A DNA stretch of 64,000 nucleotides from Eledone cirrhosa (taxonomy: Eukaryota), in the NCBI GenBank assembly GCA_964016885.1, contig OZ024756.1, positions 4,588,001 to 4,652,000 on the forward strand, written 5' to 3'. A program made the translations under genes and the position numbers. Position 1 is the stretch's first letter. Every line of letters starts with the position of its first letter. The notes under the pieces are model-generated. The model ran no database searches. It was not told where the DNA came from and was given only the letters and a program-made list of their open reading frames with translations. Of the stretch, positions 48,601-61,950 are shown one piece after another.

Positions 48601-51600
48601 ACTGGAGATATACTGGAGATATACTGGGGATATAATGGAGATATACTGAGATATACTGTAGATATCCGAGAGATATACTGGAGATATACTGGAGATATAC
48701 TGGAGATATACTGGAGATATACTGGAGATATACTGTAGATATACTGGAGATATACTGGAGATATACTGGGGATATACTAGAGATATACTGAGATATACTG
48801 GAGATTTACTGGAGATATACTGGAGATATACTGGAGATATACTGGAAATATCCTGGAGATATCCTGGAGATACACTGGAGATATACTGGAGATATTCTGG
48901 AGATATATTGTTGATATACTTAGATATACTGGAGATATACTGGAGATATACTGGATATATACTAGAGATATACTGGAGATATACTGGTTATATACTAGAG
49001 ATATACTGGAGATATACTGGAGATATACTGGAGATATACCTGAGATATACTGGAGATATACTGGAGATATACTGGAGAAATGCTGGAGATATCCTGGAGA
49101 TATACTGTAGATATACTGGAGATATACTGGGGATATACTGGAGATATACTGAGATATACTGTAGATATCCGAGAGATATACTGGAGATATACTGGAGATA
49201 TACTGGAGATATACTGGAGATATACTGGAGATATACTGGGGATATAATGGAGATATACTGAGATATACTGTAGATATCCGAGAGATAAACTGGAGATATA
49301 CTGGAGATATGCTGGAGATATACTGGTGATATACTGGAGATATCCTGGAGATATGCTGGAGATATACTGGGGATATAATGGAGATATACTGAGATATACT
49401 TTAGATATCCGAGAGATATACTGGAGATATCCTGGAGATATACAGGAGATATACTGGAGATATCCTGGAGATATACTGGAGATAGACTGGAGATATACTG
49501 GGGATAAAATGGAGATATACTGAGATATACTGTAGATATCCGAGAGATATACTGGAGATATGCTGGAGATATACTGGAGATATACTGGAGATATACTGGA
49601 GATATCCTGGAGATATACTGGAGATATACTGGAGATATACTGGGGATATAATGGAGATATACTGAGATATACTGTAGATATCCGAGAGATATACTGGAGA
49701 TATACTGGAGATATACTGGAGATATAGTAGAGATAAACTGCGGATATCCTGGAGATTTACTGGAGATATACTGGAGATTTACTGGAGATATACTGGAGAT
49801 ATACTGGAGATATCCTTGAGATATCTTGGAGATATACTGGAGATATACTGGAGATATACTGGAGATATACTGGAGATATACTGGAGATGTAGTAGAGATA
49901 AACTGGAGATATCCTGGAGATATACAGGAGATATACTGGAGATATCCTGGAGATATACTGGAGATATCCTGGAGATATACTGTAGATATACTGGAGATAT
50001 ACTGGGGATATACTGGAGATATACTGAGATATACTGTAGTTATCCGAGAGATATACTGGAGATATACTGGAGATATACTGGAGATATACTGGAGATATAC
50101 TGGGGATATAATGGAGATATACTGAGATATACTGTAGATATCCGAGAGATAAACTGGAGATATACTGGAGATATGCTGGAGATATACTGGTGATATACTG
50201 GAGATATCCTGGAGATATACTGGAGATATACTGGGGATATAATGGAGATATACTGAGATATACTTCAGATATCCGAGAGATATACTGGAGATATCCTGGA
50301 GATATACAGGAGATATACTGGAGATATCCTGGAGATATACTGGAGATATACTGGAGATATACTTGGGATATAATGGAGATATACTGAGATATACTGTAGA
50401 TATCCGAGAGATATACTGGAGATATGCTGGAGATATACTGGAGATATACTGGAGATATACTGGAGATATACTGGAGATATCCTGGAGATATACTGGAGAT
50501 ATACTGGAGATATACTGGGGATATAATGGAGATATACTGAGATATACTGTAGATATCCGAGAGATATACTGGAGATATACTGGAGATATACTGGAGATAT
50601 ACTGGAGATATACTGGAGATATACTGTAGATATACTGGAGATATACTGGAGATATATTGGAGATATACTGGAGATATACTGGAGATATACTGGAGATATA
50701 CTGGAGATATACTGGAGATATACTGGAGATATACTGGAGATATACTGGAGATATACTGAGATATACTGGGGATATACTTTAGATATACTGCAGATATACT
50801 GGAGATATACTGGAGATATACTGGAGATGTAGTAGAGATAAACTGGATATAAACTGGAGATATACTGGAGATATACTGGAGATATACTGAGATATACTGG
50901 GGATATACTTTAGATATACTTTAGATATACTGCAGATATACTTGAGATATACTGGAGATATATTGGAGATTTACTGGGGATATACTAGAGATATACTGAG
51001 ATATACTGGAGATATACTGGAGATATACTGGAGATATACTGGAGATATCCTGGAGATATACTGTAGATGTAGTAGAGATATCCTGGAGATATACTGGAGA
51101 TATACTGGAGATATACTGGAGATATACTGGAGATATACTGGAGATATACTGTAGATGTAGTAGAGATAAACTGGAGATATACTGGAAATATACTGGAGAT
51201 ATACTGGAAATATACTGGAGATATACTGAGATATACTGGAGATATACCTTAGATATACTTTAGATATACTGCAGATATACTGGAGATATACTGGAGATAT
51301 ACTGGAGATTTACTGGAGATATACTGGAGATATACTGGAGATATCCTGGAGATATCCTGGAGATATACTGGAGATATCCTGGAGATATCCTGGAGATATA
51401 CTGGGGATATACTAGAGATATACTGGAGATAATATGGGGATATACTAGAGATATACTGAGATATACTGGAGATTTACTGGAGATATACTGGAGATATACT
51501 GGAGATATACTGGAGATATCCTGGAGATATCCTGGAGATACACTGGAGATATACTGGAGATATTCTGGAGATATATTGTTGATATACTTAGATATACTGG

Positions 51601-54600
51601 AGATATACTGGAGATATACTGGATATATACTAGAGATATACTGGAGATATACTGGTTATATACTACAGATATACTGGAGATATACTGGAGATATACTGGA
51701 GATATACCTGAGATATACTGGAGATATACTGGAGATATACTGGAGATATGCTGGAGATATCCTGGAGATATACTGTAGATATACTGGAGATATACTGGGG
51801 ATATACTGGAGATATACTGAGATATACTGTAGATATCCGAGAGATATACTGGAGATATACTGGAGATATACTGGAGATATACTGGAGATATACTGGGGAT
51901 ATAATGGAGATATACTGAGATATACTGTAGATATCCGAGAGATAAACTGGAGATATACTGGAGATATGCTGGAGATATACTGGTGATATACTGGAGATAT
52001 CCTGGAGATATGCTGGAGATATACTGGGGATATAATGGAGATATACTGAGATATACTTTAGATATCCGAGAGATATACTGGAGATATCCTGGAGATATAC
52101 TGTAGATATACTGGAGATATACTGGGGATATACTGGAGATATACTGAGATATACTGTAGATATCCGAGAGATATACTGGAGTTATACTGGAGATATACTG
52201 GAGATATACTGGAGATATACTGGAGATATACTGGGGATATAATGGAGATATACTGAGATATACTGTAGATATCCGAGAGATAAACTGGAGATATACTGGA
52301 GATATGCTGGAGATATACTGGTGATATACTGGAGATATCCTGGAGATATGCTGGAGATATACTGGGGATATAATGGAGATATACTGAGATATACTTTAGA
52401 TATCCGAGAGATATACTGGAGATATCCTGGAAATATACAGGAGATATACTGGAGATATCCTGGAGATATACTGGAGATATACTGGAGATATACTGGGGAT
52501 AAAATGGAGATATACTGAGATATACTGTAGATATCCGAGAGATATACTGGAGATATGCTGGAGATATACTGGAGATATACTGGAGATATACTGGAGATAT
52601 CCTGGAGATATACTGGAGATATACTGGAGATATACTGGGGATATAATGGAGATATACTGAGATATACTGTAGATATCCGAGAGATATACTGGAGATATAC
52701 TGGAGATATACTGGAGATATAGTAGAGATAAACTGTAGATATCCTGGAGATTTACTGGAGATATACTGGAGATTTACTGGAGATATACTGGAGATATACT
52801 GGAGATATCCTTGAGATATCTTGGAGATATACTGGAGCTATACTGGAGATATACTGGAGATATACTGGAGATGTAGTAGAGATAAACTGGAGATATCCTG
52901 GAGATATACAGGAGATATACTGGAGATATGCTGGAGATATACTGGAGATATCCTGGAGATATACTGTAGATATACTGGAGATATACTGGGGATATACTGG
53001 AGATATACTGAGATATACTGTAGATATCCGAGAGATATACTGGAGATATACTGGAGATATACTGGAGATATACTGGAGATATACTGGGGATATAATGGAG
53101 ATATACTGAGATATACTGTAGATATCCGAGAGATAAACTGGAGATATACTGGAGATATGCTGGAGATATACTGGTGATATACTGGAGATATCCTGGAGAT
53201 ATACTGGAGATATACTGGGGATATAATGGAGATATACTGAGATATACTTCAGATATCCGAGAGATATACTGGAGATATCCTGGAGATATACAGGAGATAT
53301 ACTGGAGATATCCTGGAGATATACTGGAGATATACTGGAGATATACTGGGGATATAATGGAGATATACTGAGATATACTGTAGATATCCGAGAGATATAC
53401 TGGAGATATACTGGAGATATACTGGAGATATACTGGAGATATACTGGAGATATACTGTAGATATACTGGAGATATACTGGAGATATACTGGAGATATACT
53501 GGAGATATACTGGAGATATACTGGAGATATAATGGAGATATACTGGAGATATACTGGAGATATACTGGAGATATACTGGAGATATACTGAGATATACTGG
53601 GGATATACTTTAGATATACTGCAGATATACTGGAGATATACTGGAGATATACTGGAGATGTAGTAGAGATAAACTGGATATAAACTGGAGATATACTGGA
53701 GATATACTGGAGATATACTGGAGATATACTGGAGATAAACTGGAGATATACTGGAGATATACTGGAGATATACTGGAGATATACTGGAGATATACTGGGG
53801 ATATACTGGAGATATACTGGAGATATACTGGGGATATACTGGAGAGATACTGGAGATATACTGGAGATATACTGGAGATATACTGGAGATATACTGGAGA
53901 TATACTGGAGATATACTGTAGATGTAGTAGAGATATCCTGGAGATATACTGGAGATATACTGGAGATATCCTGGAGATATGCTGGAGATATACTGGGGAT
54001 ATAATGGAGATATACTGAGATATACTTTAGATATCCGAGAGATATACTTGAGATATCCTGGAGATATACAGGAGATATACTGGAGATATCCTGGAGATAT
54101 ACTGTAGATATACTGGAGATATACTGGGGATAAAATGGAGATATACTGAGATATACTGTAGATATCCGAGAGATATACTGGAGATATGCTGGAGATATAC
54201 TGGAGATATACTGGAGATATTCTGGAGATATCCTGGAGATATACTGGAGATATACTGGGGATATAATGGAGATATACTGAGATATACTGTAGATATCCGA
54301 GAGATATACTGGAGATATACTGGAGATATACTGGAGATATGCTGGAGATATACTGGTGATATACTGGAAATATCCTGGAGATATACTGGAGATATACTGG
54401 GGATATAATGGAGATATACTGAGATATACTTCAGATATCCGAGAGATATACTGGAGATATCCTGGAGATATACAGGAGATATACTGGAGATATCCTGGAG
54501 ATATACTGGAGATATACTGGAGATATACTGGGGATATAATGGAGATATACTGAGATATACTGTAGATATCCGAGAGATATACTGGAGATATGCTGGAGAT

Positions 54601-57600
54601 ATACTGGAGATATACTGGAGATATACTGGAGATATCCTGGAGATATACTGGAGATATACTGGAGATATACTGGGGATATAATGGAGATATACTGAGATAT
54701 ACTGTAGATATCCGAGAGATATACTGGAGATATACTGGAGATATACTGGAGATATACTGGAGATATACTGGAGATATACTGGAGATATACTGGAGATATA
54801 CTGGAGATATACTGGAGATATACTGGAGATATACTGGAGATATACTGGAGATATACTGGAGATATACTGGAGATATACTGGAGATATACTGGAGATATAC
54901 TGGAGATATACTGAGATATACTGGGGATATACTTTAGATATACTGCAGATATACTGGAGATATACTGGAGATATACTGGAGATGTAGTAGAGATAAACTG
55001 GATATAAACTGGAGATATACTGGAGATATACTGGAGATATACTGGAGATATACTGGAGATATACTGGAGATATACTGGAGATATACTGGAGATATACTGG
55101 AGATATACTGGATATATACTGGGGATATACTGGAGATATACTGGAGATATACTGGGGATATACTGGAGATATACTGGAGATATACTGGAGATATACTGGA
55201 GATATACTGGAGATATACTGGAGATATACTGGAGATATACTGAGATATACTGGGGATATACTTTAGATATACTGCAGATATACTGCAGATATACTTGAGA
55301 TATACTGGAGATATATTGGAGATTTACTGGGGATATACTAGAGATATACTGAGATATACTGAGATATACTGGAGATATACTGGAGATATACTGGAGATAT
55401 ACTGTAGATGTAGTAGAGATAAACTGGAGATATACTGGAAATATACTGGAGATATACTGAGATATACTGGAGATATACCTTAGATATACTTTAGATATAC
55501 TGCAGATATACTGGAGATATACTGGAGATATACTGGAGATTTACTGGAGATATACTGGTGATATACTGGAGATATCCTGGAGATATCCTGGAGATATACT
55601 GGAGATATCCTGGAGATATCCTGGAGATATACTGGGGATATACTAGAGATATACTGAGATATACTGGAGATTTACTGGAGATATACTGGAGATATACTGG
55701 AGATATACTGGAGATATCCTGGAGATATCCTGGAGATACACTGGAGATATACTGGAGATATTCTGGAGATATATTGTTGATATACTTAGATATACTGGAG
55801 ATATACTGGAGATATACTGGATATATACTAGAGATATACTGGAGATATACTGGTTATATACTAGAGATATACTGGAGATATACTGGAGATATACTGGAGA
55901 TATACCTGAGATATACTGGAGATATACTGGAGATATACTGGAGATATGCTGGAGATATCCTGGAGATATACTGTAGATATACTGGAGATATACTGGGGAT
56001 ATACTGGAGATATACTGAGATATACTGTAGATATCCGAGAGATATACTGGAGATATACTGGAGATATACTGGAGATATACTGGGGATATACTGGAGATAT
56101 ACTTGAGATATCCTGGAGATATCCTGGAGATATCCTGGAGATATACTGAAGATATCCTGGAGATATCCTGGAGATATACTGGGGATATACTAGAGATATA
56201 CGGAGATATACTGGAGATATACTGGAGATATACTGGAGATATACTGGAGATATCCTGGAGATATCCTGGAGATATACTGGAGATATACTGGAGATATACT
56301 GTAGATGTAGTAGAGATATCCTGGAGATATCCTGGAGATATACTGGAGATATACTGGAGATATACTGGAGATGTAGTAGAGATAAACTGGAGATATACTG
56401 GAAATATACTGGAGATATACTGAGATATACTGGAGATATACCTTAGATATACTTTAGATATACTTTAGATATACTGGAGATATACTGGAGATATACTGGA
56501 GATTTACTGGAGATATACTGGAGATATACTGGAGATATCCTGGAGATATCCTGGAGATATACTGAAGATATCCTGGAGATATCCTGGAGATATACTGGGG
56601 ATATACTAGAGATATACTGGAGATATACTGGGGATATACTAGAGATATACTGAGATATACTGGAGATTTACTGGAGATATACTGGAGATATACTGGATAT
56701 ATACTGGAGATATCCTGGAGATATCCTGGAGATACACTGGAGATATACTGGAGATATACTGGAGATATATTGTTGATATACTTAGATATACTGGAGATAT
56801 GCTGGAGATATACTGGATATATACTAGAGATATACTGGAGATATACTGGTTACATACTAGAGATATACAGGAGATATCCTGGAGATACACTGGAGATATA
56901 CTGGAGATATACTGGAGATATATTGTTGATATACTTAGATATACTGGAGATATACTGGAGATATACTGGATATATACTAGAGATATACTGGAGATATACT
57001 GGAGATATACTGGAGATATACTGGAGATATACTGGAGATATGCTGGAGATATGCTGGAGATATCCTGGAGATATACTGTAGATATACTGGAGATATAGTG
57101 GGGATATACTGGAGATATACTGAGATATACTGTAGATATCCGAGAGATATACTGGAGATACACTGGAGATATAGTGGAGATATACTGGAGATATACTGGA
57201 GATATACTGGGGATATAATGGAGATATACTGAGATATACTGTAGATATCCGAGAGATAAACTGGAGATATACTGGAGATATGCTGGAGATATACTGGTGA
57301 TATACTGGAGATATCCTGGAGATATACTGGAGATATACTGGGGATATAATGGAGATATACTGAGATATACTTCAGATATCAGAGAGATATACTGGAGATA
57401 TCCTGGAGATATACAGGAGATATACTGGAGATATCCTGGAGATATACTGGAGATATCCTGGAGATATACTGTAGATATACTGGAGATATACTGGGGATAT
57501 ACTGGAGATATACTGAGATATACTGTAGATATCCGAGAGATATACTGGAGATATACTGGAGATATACTGGAGATATACTGGAGATATACTGGAGATATAC

Positions 57601-60600
57601 TGGGGATATAATGGAGATATACTGAGATATACTGTAGATATCCGAGAGATAAACTGGAGATATACTGGAGATATGCTGGAGATATACTGGTGATATACTG
57701 GAGATATCCTGGAAATATACTGGAGATATACTGGGGATATAATGGAGATATACTGAGATATACTTCAGATATCCGAGAGATATACTGGAGATATCCTGGA
57801 GATATACAGAAGATATACTGGAGATATCCTGGAGATATACTCTAGATATACTGGAGATATACTGGGGATATAATGGAGATATACTGAGATATACTGTAGA
57901 TATCCGAGACATATACTGGAGATATGCTGGAGATATACTGGAGATATACTGGAGATATACTGGAGATATCCTGGAGATACACTGGAGATATACTGGAGAT
58001 ATACTGGGGATATAATGGAGATATACTGAGATATACTGTAGATATCCGAGAGATATACTGGAGATATACTGGAGATATACTGGAGATATACTGGAGATAT
58101 ACTGGAGATATACTGTAGATATACTGGAGATATACTGGAGATATACTGGAGATATACTGGAGATATACTGGAGATATACTGGAGATATACTGGAGATATA
58201 CTGGAGATATACTGGAGATATACTGGAGATATACTGGAGATATACTGAGATATACTGGGGATATACTTTAGATATACTGCAGATATACTGGAGATATACT
58301 GGAGATATACTGGAGATGTAGTAGAGATAAACTGGATATAAACTGGAGATATACTGGAGATATACTGGAGATATACTGGAGATATACTGGAGATATACTG
58401 GAGATATACTGGAGATATACTGGAGATATACTGGAGATATACTGGAGATATACTGGGGATATACTGGAGATATACTGGAGATATACTGGGGATATACTGG
58501 AGATATACTGGAGATATACTGGAGATATACTGGAGATATACTGGAGATATACTGGAGATATACTGGAGATATACTGAGATATACTGGGGATATACTTTAG
58601 ATATACTTTAGATATACTGCAGATATACTTGAGATATACTGGAGATATATTGGAGATTTACTGGGGATATACTAGAGATATACTGAGATATACTGGAGAT
58701 ATACTGGAGATATACTGGAGATATACTGGAGATATACTGGAGATATCCTGGAGATATCCTGGAGATATACTGGAGATATACTGGAGATATACTGTAGATG
58801 TAGTAGAGATATCCTGGAGATATACTGGAGATATACTGGAGATATACTGGAGATATACTGGAGATATACTGGAGATATACTGGAGATATACTGGAGATAT
58901 ACTGTAGATGTAGTAGAGATAAACTGGAGATATACTGGAAATATACTGGAGATATACTGAGATATACTGGAGATATACCTTAGATATACTTTAGATATAC
59001 TGCAGATATACTGGAGATATACTGGAGATATACTGGAGATATACTGGAGATTTACTGGAGATATACTGGAGATATACTGGAGATATCCTGGAGATATCCT
59101 GGAGATATACTGAAGATATCCTGGAGATATCCTGGAGATATACTGGGGATATACTAGAGATATACTGGGGATATACTGGGGATATACTAGAGATATACTG
59201 AGATATACTGGAGATTTACTGGAGATATACTGGAGATATACTGGAGATATACTGGAGATATCCTGGAGATATCCTGGAGATACACTGGAGATATACTGGA
59301 GATATTCTGGAGATATATTGTTGATATACTTAGATATACTGGAGATATACTGGAGATATACTGGATATATACTAGAGATATACTGGAGATATACTGGTTA
59401 TATACTAGAGATATACTGGAGATATACTGGAGATATACTGGAGATATACCTGAGATATACTGGAGATATACTGGAGATATACTGGAGAAATGCTGGAGAT
59501 ATCCTGGAGATATACTGTAGATATACTGGAGATATACTGGGGATATACTGGAGATATACTGAGATATACTGTAGATATCCGAGAGATATACTGGAGATAT
59601 ACTGGAGATATACTGGAGATATACTGGAGATATACTGGAGATATACTGGGGATATAATGGAGATATACTGAGATATACTGTAGATATCCGAGAGATAAAC
59701 TGGAGATATACTGGAGATATGCTGGAGATATACTGGTGATATACTGGAGATATCCTGGAGATATGCTGGAGATATACTGGGGATATAATGGAGATATACT
59801 GAGATATACTTTAGATATCCGAGAGATATACTGGAGATATCCTGGAGATATACAGGAGATATACTGGAGATATCCTGGAGATATACTGGAGATAGACTGG
59901 AGATATACTGGGGATAAAATGGAGATATACTGAGATATACTGTAGATATCCGAGAGATATACTGGAGATATGCTGGAGATATACTGGAGATATACTGGAG
60001 ATATACTGGAGATATCCTGGAGATATACTGGAGATATACTGGAGATATACTGGGGATATAATGGAGATATACTGAGATATACTGTAGATATCCGAGAGAT
60101 ATACTGGAGATATACTGGAGATATACTGGAGATATAGTAGAGATAAACTGGAGATATCCTGGAGATTTACTGGAGATATACTGGAGATTTACTGGAGATA
60201 TACTGGAGATATACTGGAGATATCCTTGAGATATCTTGGAGATATACTGGAGATATACTGGAGATATACTGGAGATATACTGGAGATGTAGTAGAGATAA
60301 ACTGGAGATATCCTGGAGATATACAGGAGATATACTGGAGATATCCTGGAGATATACTGGAGATATCCTGGAGATATACTGTAGATATACTGGAGATATA
60401 CTGGGGATATACTGGAGATATACTGAGATATACTGTAGTTATCCGAGAGATATACTGGAGATATACTGGAGATATACTGGAGATATACTGGAGATATACT
60501 GGGGATATAATGGAGATATACTGAGATATACTGTAGATATCCGAGAGATAAACTGGAGATATACTGGAGATATGCTGGAGATATACTGGTGATATACTGG

Positions 60601-61950
60601 AGATATCCTGGAGATATACTGGAGATATACTAGGGATATAATGGAGATATACTGAGATATACTTCAGATATCCGAGAGATATACTGGAGATATCCTGGAG
60701 ATATACAGGAGATATACTGGAGATATACTGGAGATATATTGGAGATATACTTGGGATATAATGGAGATATACTGAGATATACTGTAGATATCCGAGAGAT
60801 ATACTGGAGATATGCTGGAGATATACTGGAGATATACTGGAGATATACTGGAGATATCCTGGAGATATACTGGAGATATCCTGGAGATATACTGGAGATA
60901 TACTGGAGATATACTGGGGATATAATGGAGATATACTGAGATATACTGTAGATATCCGAGAGATATACTGGAGATATACTGGAGATATACTGGAGATATA
61001 CTGGAGATATACTGGAGATATACTGTAGATATACTGGAGATATACTGGAGATATATTGGAGATATACTGGAGATATACTGGAGATATACTGGAGATATAC
61101 TGGAGATATACTGGAGATATACTGGAGATATACTGGAGATATACTGAGATATACTGGGGATATACTTTAGATATACTGCAGATATACTGGAGATATACTG
61201 GAGATATACTGGAGATGTAGTAGAGATAAACTGGATATAAACTGGAGATATACTGGAGATATACTGGAGATATACTGAGATATACTGGGGATATACTTTA
61301 GATATACTTTAGATATACTGCAGATATACTTGAGATATACTGGAGATATATTGGAGATTTACTGGGGATATACTAGAGATATACTGAGATATACTGGAGA
61401 TATACTGGAGATATACTGGAGATATACTGGAGATATACTGGAGATATCCTGGAGATATCCTGGAGATATACTGGAGATATACTGGAGATATACTGTAGAT
61501 GTAGTAGAGATATCCTGGAGATATACTGGAGATATACTGGAGATATACTGGAGATATACTGGAGATATACTGGAGATATACTGGAGATATACTGTAGATG
61601 TAGTAGAGATAAACTGGAGATATACTGGAAATATACTGGAGATATACTGGAAATATACTGGAGATATACTGAGATATACTGGAGATATACCTTAGATATA
61701 CTTTAGATATACTGCAGATATACTGGAGATATACTGGAGATATACTGGAGATTTACTGGAGATATACTGGAGATATACTGGAGATATCCTGGAGATATCC
61801 TGGAGATATACTGGAGATATCCTGGAGATATCCTGGAGATATACTGGGGATATACTAGAGATATACTGGAGATAATATGGGATATACTAGAGATATACTG
61901 AGATATACTGGAGATTTACTGGAGATATACTGGAGATATACTGGAGATAT
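36700..61950 (+). repeat. Large duplication of a 10.4-10.6 kb unit; the apparent offset becomes 15.1-15.3 kb across the nested 4722-bp duplication
   Basis: Matching ORF translations at 37035/47599 (10564), 39266/54356 (15090), 41682/56770 (15088) and 44604/59736 (15132). GATAGACTGG at 44759/59891. Boundaries are approximate. Confidence 0.78.
44030..53475 (+). repeat. Near-perfect tandem duplication, period 4722 bp, junction near 48750
   Basis: Constant 4722 offset for TGGAAATATC (44121/48843), GATAGACTGG (44759/49481), CTGCGGAT (45016/49738), CTACAGAT (46941/51663) and CTGTAG (48733/53455), and for about ten ORF pairs. Confidence 0.93.

Noticed and set aside
37521-49750. Short palindromes (AGATATCT near 37528, GGATATCC near 45020 and 49742) and GGGG variants as hairpins, terminators or G-quadruplexes
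   Set aside because: The stems are 4 bp or shorter and expected by chance from an ATAT-centred monomer. GGGG monomers rarely occur more than two or three in a row, and there are no terminator-like T tracts.
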